64,000 nt of DNA from Alphaproteobacteria bacterium (GCA_015062495.1 SUUN01000002.1:159210-223209); one strand, 5' to 3'. Positions 28,598 through 38,770 are shown, counted from the stretch's first letter. Numbers and translations: made by a program. The notes: generated by a model from the sequence alone, not told the origin.

Positions 28598-29947
28598 TTA
28601 ATCCTGCAAGAAATCCCGCAACGCATCCCCAATCAGTTCATTTGATTGCCCAACACCCGCATTATCCGCAATTGAAATCACACGTGGCGACATAAACACA
28701 ACCAATTCCGCAAACGGCGACACCAATGTTTCCGGCGTTGTCACAAATGAATGTGTTGGAATACCAATAATCACATAGTTATCACCAATGGTCGACGGGA
28801 TATTAAACGAACTCAATTCCCCCTGGCTGGTACGCAGAACAATCTTGGCATCAATCTTGTCACGACCGCCAAAGTCCCCATATGTCCCGGTCGCCCCAAT
28901 CACTAAATCCGTTTCCAATCTTTCTTCGCGCCCACATTGACCAATATCAAATCGCGACTGCCACCCATTTGGAATTGCGAACGTTCCCTGGGATATCAGA
29001 ACAACATTTGCCTGCTGTCCTAAAAATTCCTGTAATGTTTTTGTATTGATTTCCGGCCCAACCACCAATGCGCGCCCAACGACACCCGGGATTGACATCT
29101 TGATATTTTTTTCACCGAACGCCGGCAACAAATTCATCCATACAATCGGGTTATCTGTACGCGGATACACACGATACACATCAATATCCCACGCCAGCAT
29201 ATATTTCTTGCCCGAAATGTCGGCGATTATTTTTGCGACTTCGCGTTCTGTCTGATAATTCCCTTCGAACACAACGGTTTTGTCACTCCAATCTACCAAC
29301 AGATTACGCATATCCGCCCCATGCATTGCATCCAACAACGCCATAATAATGGTCTGATTTTGCGGCATTTTAATCAGCCATTTTCCACGATGCGACAAAT
29401 TTAATTCGCCATTTTGCGCATCATACGAATAATACACACGCCCCATTTTCGTCATCAATTCAACCGCATCCGACAGTTCGCCCGTTGAAATTGTGCCTGT
29501 AATTTTTTCATACAGTGCGCCCTGCTCTACCACTGAAATATCTGTCCCGTCCAACAATTTATCCAGCGCATTTTTCACCGTCAAATCCTTGAACTCATAA
29601 TCTGACACCTGTAATTCTGGCAACGGATCACCCGCACCTAAACGCACCATTTCAATACGTTCCGACGGCACAACCGACACAACGCTTTGATTGTTCCAGT
29701 CCACCTCGCACCGCATTGGCAATTCAACTGAAAACCGACGCGCCGTATCTGTGGTCAACGCGGCCTTTTTCGGAAAAATCGGCACAGAATTTTCATCAAT
29801 TACCAACTCGTCAACAACGGTAATATTGTCATACAGTGGCTGTTCCTGTTGTTTATTCTGCACACACCCCAGCATCCCAAAGATACAAAACAACCCAAAT
29901 AAACTTTTTACAAATTTCATCCCCAATTTCCTTTGCTCTTTGCTCAT
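28598..29947 (-). CDS. hypothetical lipoprotein
   Basis: 449 aa; FGMLGC lipobox; co-directional downstream of lolCD. Confidence 0.55.
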   Translation of the reverse strand: MSKEQRKLGMKFVKSLFGLFCIFGMLGCVQNKQQEQPLYDNITVVDELVIDENSVPIFPKKAALTTDTARRFSVELPMRCEVDWNNQSVVSVVPSERIEMVRLGAGDPLPELQVSDYEFKDLTVKNALDKLLDGTDISVVEQGALYEKITGTISTGELSDAVELMTKMGRVYYSYDAQNGELNLSHRGKWLIKMPQNQTIIMALLDAMHGADMRNLLVDWSDKTVVFEGNYQTEREVAKIIADISGKKYMLAWDIDVYRVYPRTDNPIVWMNLLPAFGEKNIKMSIPGVVGRALVVGPEINTKTLQEFLGQQANVVLISQGTFAIPNGWQSRFDIGQCGREERLETDLVIGATGTYGDFGGRDKIDAKIVLRTSQGELSSFNIPSTIGDNYVIIGIPTHSFVTTPETLVSPFAELVVFMSPRVISIADNAGVGQSNELIGDALRDFLQD

Positions 29948-29965
29948 TGCTATTTGCTCTTTTTC

Positions 29966-30289
29966 TCAGATATTCATAACCCTTTCAAATTCTTCCAATG
30001 TCATTTCATGAATTGGTTTTTGCGATGGCGTTGTTAAATCCCGCACGCGTTCGAACTGGGCACTGAAACGATTGACCAGCGCAACAATTTCCGCCCCAAC
30101 ATTTTTATTTTGCTCTATTAATCTGCGTCCATATTCAACAACATATTCCAACACGTCCGCCATATAGAACCGCCCGACATAGTTTTCCATTGCAATTCCG
30201 CCTTTTTGCACACAAATTGCCGACATCAGCATAGCGGTCTGATTATAATAATTTGCCAACTTGATAAATTGTTGCATATTAATTGCCAT
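29966..30289 (-). CDS. hypothetical protein (107 aa)
   Basis: ORF with host-like codon usage. Confidence 0.4.
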   Translation of the reverse strand: MAINMQQFIKLANYYNQTAMLMSAICVQKGGIAMENYVGRFYMADVLEYVVEYGRRLIEQNKNVGAEIVALVNRFSAQFERVRDLTTPSQKPIHEMTLEEFERVMNI

Positions 30290-30366
30290 GGGCGTTGTTC
30301 CTTCTCTCTTTTTTCACATTATAAAAACTATTGCCCCCAAAAGGCAATTAAATTATAATATAAAAC

Positions 30367-30753
30367 ATGAGAATATATTTTCCGACCATTTTATTATCGC
30401 TTTTCCTGGCATCGTGCGCATCTGTCAACCGTGGCAGCATTGATAACGCAACGGTTCTGAACTGGGAAAACGAAGCGGTCACCACCGAACAGTTCGTACG
30501 CGATCACAAATCTTGCCTGGGCATAAACAAACCATCGTACCAACCCCGGTCCCGGATTGCTAAATTACTTGCCCCAAACCAATCTGGCCTGATGCCTGAC
30601 TGGGACGGCCTGTGGGTCACGTTTCAATCAAACGAATACCGCGACGTCGGCCAACGCAGTCTGATGTCCGTCCCCCGCAACACCACATCAAAATCAGTTG
30701 GTGCATACCGCAAATGTATGTTCCGTCGTGGCTATCTGTTGCGCGCGATGTAG
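30367..30753 (+). CDS. hypothetical lipoprotein (128 aa)
   Basis: LFLASC lipobox. Confidence 0.5.
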   Translation: MRIYFPTILLSLFLASCASVNRGSIDNATVLNWENEAVTTEQFVRDHKSCLGINKPSYQPRSRIAKLLAPNQSGLMPDWDGLWVTFQSNEYRDVGQRSLMSVPRNTTSKSVGAYRKCMFRRGYLLRAM

Positions 30754-30879
30754 TGCGGAAAACACACCTATACAAACCCCAGCCAAAATATCACATAATA
30801 CAAAACGCGGACACTGCACAAACAAACCCAACGGGTCTTTTACGGCCCCGAACCCACATCCCAGTAATGCAATGTTTGC

Positions 30880-30910
30880 AAAAAATCCCGCCACATGGCG
30901 GGATTTGTTT
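30880..30910. terminator. bidirectional terminator
   Basis: aaaaaatcccgccacatggcgggatttgttt. Confidence 0.7.
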
Positions 30911-31508
30911 ATCGTATCAATTGATTTTTTTCATTTAACAGTGAATCTATTTTCCCCTGCAAAGTGCGCACCTGGGCATTTGCGCTTTTATCAAAATGTG
31001 CCCGCACCGCATCCGGCACATGACGAACATTTGGTGCGCGACGGTCAAATTCCTGAATCTTATTTTTATTTGCATAATATTGCCATTTTACATTTTTAAC
31101 CCCTGGGACATCTGAAAAATCTCTAAATACCGTTTCATTATTTTTTACAATCGCCATTATAGAATGCTTTTGCGCCGCGTTATAGGCACGTGTCATTAAA
31201 TCCCGGTTTACTGTACGCAGACTGTCAATCGCCCCTTGGTTTTGCACGACCCATTGATACTCTGGATGGCGCACCAACGAATCCGCAATCAAAGAATCTG
31301 ACACACTATACAAACTGTCAATCTGGGCATTTGCAGATTTAACCTGTGAATCAATCTTGGCTATTTTCGTATTTTGCTCTCTTTCCATCCGTTTGATTTT
31401 TTTAGTGTCATACACCATAGCCATCACCAAGGCCAACACAAACAAAATCCCACCCGTCATAATAAACGGCACATGAAGTTTCCAAAAATTATCATTATTA
31501 TTTTTCAT
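30909..31508 (-). CDS. hypothetical membrane-anchored coiled-coil protein
   Basis: N-terminal TM then predicted coiled coil. Confidence 0.5.
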   Translation of the reverse strand: MKNNNDNFWKLHVPFIMTGGILFVLALVMAMVYDTKKIKRMEREQNTKIAKIDSQVKSANAQIDSLYSVSDSLIADSLVRHPEYQWVVQNQGAIDSLRTVNRDLMTRAYNAAQKHSIMAIVKNNETVFRDFSDVPGVKNVKWQYYANKNKIQEFDRRAPNVRHVPDAVRAHFDKSANAQVRTLQGKIDSLLNEKNQLIR

Positions 31509-31534
31509 GACGCAGCACTCCTATACATTTAATC

Positions 31535-31572
31535 TCGCCGTAGCGTAAGAGAAAGCGGATGGATGGTTCGCA
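31535..31572 (-). repeat. tRNA-flank repeat, family B, ~40 nt 3' of tRNA-Glu
   Basis: aatctcgccgtagcgtaagagaaagcggatgg, ~90% identical to 46751-46783. Confidence 0.65.
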
Positions 31573-31612
31573 TCACAAGGATACCCGACTCTCTTGTGCC
31601 GTTATTCAAGGC

Positions 31613-31687
31613 TGGCACCCCCAACGGGAATCGAACCCGTGTTGCCAGAATGAGAATCTGATGTCCTAACCGCTAGACGATGGGGGC
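31613..31687 (-). tRNA. tRNA-Glu (anticodon CTC as folded), 75 nt, CCA encoded
   Basis: acceptor GCCCCCA/TGGGGGT (G1-U72), D-arm GTCTAGCGGTTAGGAC, anticodon stem TCAGA/TCTGG loop TTCTCAT, T-arm ACGGG-TTCGATT-CCCGT. Confidence 0.75.
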
Positions 31688-31750
31688 AACAATCATTACG
31701 CGCTTTATCTTATACGCAAACACACAACATTTCAAACAAAACTTTCCAGA

Positions 31751-32419
31751 TTATGCATTTTTTCTTGCTTTTTGAAAGTACAGTTTTGAATATTCTGCCA
31801 AAACATCAATCCCCAAATATCGGTAATTTCTTTTTTCCCATGTACGCGTTGCAACATATAACGCCGGCAGAAAACTTTGAAACTTGGTATCTTCCCAGTC
31901 TATGAAATATGTAATATTACAATGTTCATCCAACATAAAGTTTTGCCAAATATCCCCCTGAAACCACCCATACAGATAATCAGGTTTATCCTTTGGATTA
32001 TCTTTCAGATCCTGAATTTCTTTTGGATTATACTTACCAATTACATACAACATATTTGCAATCTGTCGCGCAATATGTTTTCTGTGATTACTGACCACGG
32101 CGGGCGACACATCCGACAACAGCGTTCCGCGCGCAAATTCATACCTGCGAATAACGATATTCTTGTAATGAATTATCTTCATTGTTGGGATTTTTATCGG
32201 CGACACAGCCCCCAACGCTTCAACAATACGTTGTTCCCGATACGCAATTTCCCGCCCATCTGAAAACAGTGGAAATTTGAACACATACTTGTCATTCAGC
32301 ATCACCACAAAATTTCTGCATCCACGACCAACACGCGTTCTAATTTTGCGCTTTTTCATACCAGCGGCATACCTGCGCACCCACAATATATATGCCAACG
32401 TTTGGGGATATCGAATCAT
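31751..32419 (-). CDS. putative kinase-like protein (APH/choline-kinase/LPS-kinase-like fold?)
   Basis: conserved-looking FIDWEDTKF segment; start uncertain (ORF-track N-terminus overlaps the GT8 gene). Confidence 0.4.
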   Translation of the reverse strand: MIRYPQTLAYILWVRRYAAGMKKRKIRTRVGRGCRNFVVMLNDKYVFKFPLFSDGREIAYREQRIVEALGAVSPIKIPTMKIIHYKNIVIRRYEFARGTLLSDVSPAVVSNHRKHIARQIANMLYVIGKYNPKEIQDLKDNPKDKPDYLYGWFQGDIWQNFMLDEHCNITYFIDWEDTKFQSFLPALYVATRTWEKRNYRYLGIDVLAEYSKLYFQKARKNA

Positions 32420-32496
32420 CACCCGCACTTTATCGCGCAACTTTCTGTTTGGTATCACCAGACAAATCACATTCGACAGGAAATGCAACATCTGCC

Positions 32497-33411
32497 CTAC
32501 TCCTGGAACAAGCCTGTCTTGCGCGCAACATCCCACCAATATTCTGAAAACACAGGTCGAATACCGGTACTCCATGGCTTGATATAATCAGAATAATGCA
32601 GAACCACCAAATTATGTTTTAAATCATCCAGTTGCGATTCCGAATAAATCTTGAATATACGCGACCCATGCGACAGTTGGAAATTATACCGCAACGGCAA
32701 AAATGCAATTCGTCCCTTTAACGTAAAATTCAGTACATCTTGATCCGGGTTATAATAGTCGTGTGTTTTGGAATCCAACACCCACTTTTCATAAATATTT
32801 TCCTTGCGGATTTTATCCAAATCCATCAACAAGAATCCTGAATTAATGTACATATTTGTACGTGTTGGCACGGCTGCGATAACATTCTTGCCCAGATCAT
32901 ATTCATAAATATCAATCAAATCACCAAAGAATATGATATCCAAATCCGCATAGATAATTCGCGACACATCCGGCACCAATTTTGGCAACATCAAACGATA
33001 CCACATTGCAACCGGCCATTTACCACGACTGGATTCATCAAAGTCATGATTGCCCACAACAAAATGTACCTTGGACCCCGACCCTTTGACAACACCACGA
33101 ACAATGTCTTTTAAATCCTTATCTACATCCTCGGTCACGACACAGTAAATATCATAATCACAACGTCCCGCGGACGCCAACAACAAAGACTTGATTGTAA
33201 CGGCGGCCATTTTACAACCACGCGCATCAAAACAAAACGCCACAGGAATCTTGGTTGGATATTTTTGGCGTGGAATCCTGGTTTCGGACACAGTGGAAAT
33301 CAATCCCTTGTATCTGATTTTATCACGATTCAACCGACGCTGGGCGCGTGTTTTTCCAAACAATCCTGCGACCACAGAACTAACCCGTCTTACCAAACCA
33401 TATTTATACAT
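32497..33411 (-). CDS. glycosyltransferase family 8 (LPS/LOS core glycosyltransferase-like), paralog 1
   Basis: start set at MYKYGLV; GT8 DxD region IIYADLDIIFFGDL, NSGFLLMDL, HYSDYIKPW. Confidence 0.75.
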   Translation of the reverse strand: MYKYGLVRRVSSVVAGLFGKTRAQRRLNRDKIRYKGLISTVSETRIPRQKYPTKIPVAFCFDARGCKMAAVTIKSLLLASAGRCDYDIYCVVTEDVDKDLKDIVRGVVKGSGSKVHFVVGNHDFDESSRGKWPVAMWYRLMLPKLVPDVSRIIYADLDIIFFGDLIDIYEYDLGKNVIAAVPTRTNMYINSGFLLMDLDKIRKENIYEKWVLDSKTHDYYNPDQDVLNFTLKGRIAFLPLRYNFQLSHGSRIFKIYSESQLDDLKHNLVVLHYSDYIKPWSTGIRPVFSEYWWDVARKTGLFQE

Positions 33412-33512
33412 TGGCAATCCTTTCTTTTGCTGTTGTACTTTTATCCTAGGATATTTTTCTTTTTTTCGCAAACAAAATATACACCGCCCAATTTGGGCGG
33501 TGTATTCGTTGC

Positions 33513-34298
33513 CTATTTTACCCGTTGCGCAATGCCCGGCCATATGATGGTCTGTTGTGCCTTTTTAAAAATCGCCACCGGCAAATTAAAAAGATCCTCA
33601 TCCGCGCCATTGGTTGTTGCACGTTCCAACACCCCATACATATCAACCGCCCGGTGCAAATCATTTATGCGCCCTAATATTATTTTTTCCCCAGAATATC
33701 GGACATATTCATATTCAAACACATCACGCCCCAGGACAATTTTGTAAATTTTACCAATCGTGGAACAATCTATTTTCCCATCTGTATCCCGCAAAAACCA
33801 CTGATATTGCATTGGGTCACTAATTTGATTGGCCCTTACCCCCTGAACAATATTATCAAATTTATCCACGAACCGTCCCGAATTAATCATTTCCATATTG
33901 ACACGTTTCCCATTGACTGCCGCAATCCGTGTCTGCAAATCAGAATCTTTGATATATTTTGGCCGCGCCTTGTCATAAAGTGCGCCAATTGTATCCAACG
34001 TACATGTTGGAATTTCCAAGTGCACATAATCACCATTCAATTTATATGGCACAGACGACAAATTCAACGCCAACGAATACGGCAATTTAAAATCCACATT
34101 TTCCCACGATTGCATGGCGCAGCCAGTGGTACACGTTGTATATATCAAACGTCCATCCGACTGTGTCAGAAACAGACATTCTTCATATCTGTGTGCATCG
34201 CGTTCATACTTGGTTCTAAATTCGATATTTACCGGCCTGGCCAGTGCCTTGTGCTGTAAAACGACAGATGTTTTCAACGGAATATCCAACATTAACAT
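33513..34298 (-). CDS. hypothetical protein in the GT8 cluster
   Basis: start uncertain (MLMLD chosen, RBS aaaaagg); no motif recognised. Confidence 0.4.
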   Translation of the reverse strand: MLMLDIPLKTSVVLQHKALARPVNIEFRTKYERDAHRYEECLFLTQSDGRLIYTTCTTGCAMQSWENVDFKLPYSLALNLSSVPYKLNGDYVHLEIPTCTLDTIGALYDKARPKYIKDSDLQTRIAAVNGKRVNMEMINSGRFVDKFDNIVQGVRANQISDPMQYQWFLRDTDGKIDCSTIGKIYKIVLGRDVFEYEYVRYSGEKIILGRINDLHRAVDMYGVLERATTNGADEDLFNLPVAIFKKAQQTIIWPGIAQRVK

Positions 34299-34460
34299 TA
34301 CCTTTTTATAATCCGCTCTCTCGACACTTCCAACAATTGCATGATTAAAGAAAAACCACCAAAATTCAATACAAAAAAATGCCCCCTGCGGGCATTGTTT
34401 TATTTTGGTCGGTCGCGCACACAGGGGCGTGGGGATGTTCCCCACTAGTGTTTTGGGAAA

Positions 34461-34706
34461 TCATTTCCAAAAATGTTTTTTTGCGAATGCGTATCCTGAG
34501 CCAGTTTTAAGATATCGTTCAAATTCTAATGCCGCATCTTTTGAACTAAATGCAAAATAATTTACCAATTCCCAAGGTTTATATTTTGCTGTATGTATTG
34601 AATATCCCGCATTATGTTGCTTTAGTCGTTTCTTTAAATCATCTGTTTGACCGATGTATTTTTGTTCTGGATTGGAAATACTTTTTATAAGATAAACATA
34701 AAACAT
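34461..34706 (-). CDS. GIY-YIG nuclease family small protein (YhbQ-like), copy 1
   Basis: 81 aa; MFYVYLIKS...KYIGQTDDLKKRLKQHN = GIY-YIG core. Confidence 0.7.
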   Translation of the reverse strand: MFYVYLIKSISNPEQKYIGQTDDLKKRLKQHNAGYSIHTAKYKPWELVNYFAFSSKDAALEFERYLKTGSGYAFAKKHFWK

Positions 34707-34740
34707 TTATAAGTCCCCCTTCGTTAAAACTTCGGGCGAC

Positions 34741-34804
34741 ACTACTTCGCCTATGCTTCTCGCCTTGTGTGGCCTGCCACACGAAGCCTCGTAGAGGCGA
34801 AGTG
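34741..34804 (-). repeat. tRNA 3'-flank repeat, family A, abutting tRNA-Gln
   Basis: ttgtgtggcctgccacacgaagcctcgtagaggcgaagtgtgg; GTGTGG/CCACAC triple allows alternative hairpins. Confidence 0.7.
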
Positions 34805-34878
34805 TGGTTGGGGCGCACGGATTCGAACCATGATAAAGAGAACCAAAATCTCTTGTCCTACCATTAGACGACACCCCA
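34805..34878 (-). tRNA. tRNA-Gln (anticodon TTG), 74 nt, U1-A72, CCA encoded
   Basis: acceptor TGGGGTG/CGCCCCA with U1-A72 (typical bacterial tRNA-Gln), anticodon stem AGAGA/TCTCT loop TTTTGGT. Confidence 0.8.
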
Positions 34879-34964
34879 ATTGCACCGGCAATTATACCCA
34901 CCCCACAAATTTTTTCAATAACAAAATAACAACGTACAAAAAAACCGCCATTGGCGGTCTTGTT

Positions 34965-35522
34965 CTATGATTCTTCTTCTATGTCGTCGTCATCAGATTC
35001 AACGGCATTCAAATCTATTTCCTTGGGAATTCCCAATATATCTTCAATCTTGTCCGATGCCGCATCCAGGTCAATTTTATGTAAAACGGCAAATTCCTGG
35101 GCCATGCGTTCCAGCGCACGCAAATACAATTGACGTGCAGAAAACGTCATCGTGTCCGCCGCACTTCTGCGTTGCAGGTCGCGCACCACTTCGGCCAATT
35201 TCATTGGATCGCCCGAATTAATATTTTCTTCGTACTGTGCGGCGCGTCGCGCCCAAATCATACGTTTTGCGCCGGCTTTGCCCTTGGCTGATGCGATTGC
35301 TTCGTCTAATTTTTTAGCGGTTGTCAATGGACGCAGGCCGGAAATTTCTGCACGTTCCATCGGCACGCGCAACGTCATATGATTGCGTTCAAAATCAATC
35401 ACCAGCATTTTTATCTTCTGCCCGGCGATTGTCTGCTCTTCTATACGCAACAGTTTTCCAACACCCTGGGTCGGATAGACAACATACTGTCCTGTTTTAA
35501 AATCTAGTTTTTTACTTGGCAT
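34965..35522 (-). CDS. CarD/CdnL family RNA polymerase-binding transcription factor
   Basis: start at MPSKKLDFKTGQYVVYPTQGVGKL (RNAP-interacting domain); acidic tail; ORF-track extension spurious. Confidence 0.85.
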   Translation of the reverse strand: MPSKKLDFKTGQYVVYPTQGVGKLLRIEEQTIAGQKIKMLVIDFERNHMTLRVPMERAEISGLRPLTTAKKLDEAIASAKGKAGAKRMIWARRAAQYEENINSGDPMKLAEVVRDLQRRSAADTMTFSARQLYLRALERMAQEFAVLHKIDLDAASDKIEDILGIPKEIDLNAVESDDDDIEEES

Positions 35523-35646
35523 TATTGGATACCCTTTTACGGTTGCCATTCTCTCTGTCTGACATATTATACCATAAAAAAACCTGAAAAACAAACATTT
35601 GGCAAAAAAATTATCCCGAACCTGTGCTCGGGAAAACAAATCTAAA

Positions 35647-36189
35647 TCAACGCCCCAGACGCTTGACCGCCCCCGTTCGACGCAGTGTCGATGCACGTGC
35701 TGCCTCGGCCTTGTTTGTTTCTTTGACGCAAATCCATTTACCATCCTGCAATATGGCAGACATTCCCGCATCACAATCAGGCTTTTCCAACCGCCATGCA
35801 AAGCATGCACCCTTTTGATACGATTGATATGTCGAATTATCCCCACCGCGCGTATACGCACCATATTCTGGGTTCCATTGGCCTGCAACCTCGCCCCCGC
35901 ACCACTTACGCGCGCCCCAACATTCAACACAATTTCCCGATGCATCGCACAGTTCACTTGCCGAACCAGTTGAAACATATCCTGAACCAGCCTTGTCACC
36001 ATTGCCCATCATTTTGCCTGTTTCCAAATCACGACACCACAACTTCTGACATTCTGCCGATGGGATACCATCAATTTTTTTTCGCGATTCCACCAGCACA
36101 TATCCCGGCCCACACGACGTAAATGTTGCATTCGCCCCACACATGGTCGCCAAAACTACAACTGCGGAAATAATAAATTGTTTTATCAT
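35647..36189 (-). CDS. secreted cysteine-rich protein (hypothetical)
   Basis: signal peptide; ~12 Cys in mature part. Confidence 0.5.
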   Translation of the reverse strand: MIKQFIISAVVVLATMCGANATFTSCGPGYVLVESRKKIDGIPSAECQKLWCRDLETGKMMGNGDKAGSGYVSTGSASELCDASGNCVECWGARKWCGGEVAGQWNPEYGAYTRGGDNSTYQSYQKGACFAWRLEKPDCDAGMSAILQDGKWICVKETNKAEAARASTLRRTGAVKRLGR

Positions 36190-36246
36190 GATAAATCCTA
36201 CTTAATACTATTTTACATATTTTATATATATTTTACAAACAGATTT

Positions 36247-36885
36247 TTATTCCGCGCCCTTTTTCATCAGGGACTGCACCGCCAACGGGAAATCAGCCGC
36301 CCGCGCCAGATATGATCCCGACACCAACAAATCCGCCCCCGCATCCCAGCATAACTGGGCGGTACTTTCATTAATTCCACCATCAACCGAAATCGTAAAC
36401 TGCAACCCATACTTTTTACGCGTTCCTGCCAACACTGAAATCTTGTGCAACGCCCCCGGATCAAAGGCCTGTCCCGCTGCCCCTGGCGCGACTGCCATTA
36501 CCATTACCTCGTCAATCTCGCGCAGGATTGGCTTTAACAACGAAACATTTGAATCTGGATGCAACGCCACCCCCACCCGACGACCCGCCGCCCGAACATT
36601 TCGAACCGCGGTCTTTAACCCAGATGTATTGGTTGACAATATCACCGTATCCGCCCCAGCTGCAATCGCGTCCGCCGCCCAGACAACGGGACTCTCGGTC
36701 ATCAGATGAACATGTAAATGCGCATTTGTTCGCGCCCTAATATTTTTTAATTCATCAATTCCACCTGCAATTCTGTCAACATAGAACCCATCCATAATAT
36801 CGATATGAATCATTGAAATCCCGCCCGCCCGAAACATTGAATACGTTTCGGCCCGTTGCATATCAAAACATAAACTGCTGGGCAT
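36247..36885 (-). CDS. rpe: ribulose-phosphate 3-epimerase (in frame with upstream ftsA, no intervening stop)
   Basis: from internal Met MPSSLCFDMQRAETYSMF...; TIM-barrel motifs HVHLM, VDGGI; 212 aa. Confidence 0.8.
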   Translation of the reverse strand: MPSSLCFDMQRAETYSMFRAGGISMIHIDIMDGFYVDRIAGGIDELKNIRARTNAHLHVHLMTESPVVWAADAIAAGADTVILSTNTSGLKTAVRNVRAAGRRVGVALHPDSNVSLLKPILREIDEVMVMAVAPGAAGQAFDPGALHKISVLAGTRKKYGLQFTISVDGGINESTAQLCWDAGADLLVSGSYLARAADFPLAVQSLMKKGAE

Positions 36886-38025
36886 AATTGGGACAAATTT
36901 CTGAACCTTTTTCTGCTTTTTTCTAAACAATTTCCCAATCCAGTTTGTACGTCGCACCCACCGGTCGTGCCGTGCGATATACCTTTGACGTTGTGCACCC
37001 TGCCCCCGCCAAACATAATCAGACAACGCACGCACAGTTGCGTCCACCGGCAACACTTCGGTCATAACTGCGAACGCATTTTCAATAAAGTCACGCAAAC
37101 CTTCGATTTCTGCCCCACCCCCGGTCAGGATAATTTTTGTTGGCCGATATTTTGTAAAGGACGGCAAACATTGATCTTTCAGTTGTCCAATAATATCAAC
37201 CAATATCGGCAACACAACATCATTTACATCCCCGCGCGAAAAATCATATGCCCGGTCGGCGGGCGCAAACCGATCCATTTCCTTGGGCACCAATGATGCA
37301 ACCGCCCGCTTAATCCGGTCGGCAGAATCAAAATCTATATTCAGTTTTTCTACAATTGCATTTGTAATGTCTGTCCCACCCCGCTGAATTTTGGTATGCC
37401 ACACTGGCCCACGATCCGTCCAAATCGACGCAGCCGTAAATTGCGCCCCAAAATCAATAAACAGTGTTGTCTGTTTTTCCGCGCGACAAATCGCGTTTTG
37501 AACAAACTGTGGGTCAAACAAAGCGTCCGCCTGAATATGTGCACCGCGCAAATGTTCAAAAACAGCATCCACCCCGTCACGCGAATAAAAAATCACCCCA
37601 AAAGCAGAAATCAATTGTCGATCAACATGTCCAATTGGCGTCACCATATTTCGTGCCTGTGGCGCATCATATCGCAGTGGCACAATATGCATTGGGAAAA
37701 AACCATCCGCCGGCACAATCTGGGCAATCTGATTTCTGACATCGGTTGGCGATATCTTGTGCTCTCCGCCCCAAACTGTACTTTTTGCGCACATTTCATA
37801 TTTTGAAACACCAAAATTACCGGTAATATACGCTGAATCAAAATGTGTTCCAATCTGTTTTTCCAACTCGTCCACCACAGACTTGATTGCGAACACAGTG
37901 TCATAACTGTCCATTGCAAAGAACGCCGACTTGTCAATTCGTGCACTGCGCACACGATGTGCGATACCACGTACACCATACGTGCCAATATCCAGACACA
38001 AAAAAGACGAATCAAACAAATTCAT
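36886..38025 (-). CDS. ftsA: cell division protein FtsA-like (actin fold), reading through into rpe
   Basis: phosphate-1 LCLDIGTYGVRG, phosphate-2 IDFGAQFTAAS, adenosine ILTGGGAEIEGL; C-terminal amphipathic helix NWIGKLFRKKQKK; directly downstream of ftsQ. Confidence 0.7.
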
Positions 38026-38029
38026 ATCT

Positions 38030-38770
38030 TTACTTTACCAAGATTCGCGCACTATCACGCATATCTATCAGATTGATTTTTCGGCTTAAAATATTGTGAT
38101 TATTATTCAGTGACACCAACTGTCCAATTGCATCGACCGGATTTTGTTCTGGCAACATAATGGTTATTCCCCCCGTCGTATGCAAATTCCAACGTCTGTT
38201 TTCAATCCATTCTAAATAATCCAAATCCCCAACCAGATTATGTGCTGCCTTGGTAATTGCATCAATATCACCCGGTACAACCCCACGAAAAACCACATGT
38301 CCTGCGTCCCGCACATCGGTTGGTTTATTTACAATTGTCCCATCAACCGACAGCGGATAAAAATGTTCCCCATCTGTCCACAATGCCACCGCCGTATACA
38401 TAGACACCTGGACAACCAAGTTACCATTCGGCAATCTACGTACTGCGGATTTCTTAACCCCTGGCACAGCCGCCACACGCGCATTCATATTATCCAAATT
38501 TACCGAATAAGACCGCGTTCCCGGTGCTACTGACACCGCATTTGCAATTGCCGATAAATCTTTGTTATCTTTATCCGCAGTTATTAAAATATTGCGCACC
38601 CGCGAAATATCGCCATGCCCCATTCCAACCATAATAATCCGGGACGCAAAATAAACCGCCAGAACCACGGAAACAACAAAACACAACCAAAACCAGATTG
38701 AACGCTTCATAGGGTCAATTATATCATAAAATCTGCCCCCATTCAAACACGGAAAATAAAAAACCGGCAA
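38030..38770 (-). CDS. ftsQ: cell division protein FtsQ (POTRA domain)
   Basis: N-terminal TM, POTRA-like region; position upstream of ftsA. Confidence 0.65.
   Translation of the reverse strand: MPVFYFPCLNGGRFYDIIDPMKRSIWFWLCFVVSVVLAVYFASRIIMVGMGHGDISRVRNILITADKDNKDLSAIANAVSVAPGTRSYSVNLDNMNARVAAVPGVKKSAVRRLPNGNLVVQVSMYTAVALWTDGEHFYPLSVDGTIVNKPTDVRDAGHVVFRGVVPGDIDAITKAAHNLVGDLDYLEWIENRRWNLHTTGGITIMLPEQNPVDAIGQLVSLNNNHNILSRKINLIDMRDSARILVK

Noticed and set aside
31573-31600. Possible degenerate tRNA remnant between family B repeat and tRNA-Glu (tggttcgcatcacaagg...)
   Set aside because: No T-loop or acceptor complementarity; forms only a simple cacaag/cttgtg hairpin
35523-36002. N-terminal 160-codon extension of the CarD ORF (345 aa in track)
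   Set aside because: CarD/CdnL proteins are ~170-190 aa and begin MPSKKLDF; the extension overlaps the secreted Cys-rich gene region in another frame and has no homology
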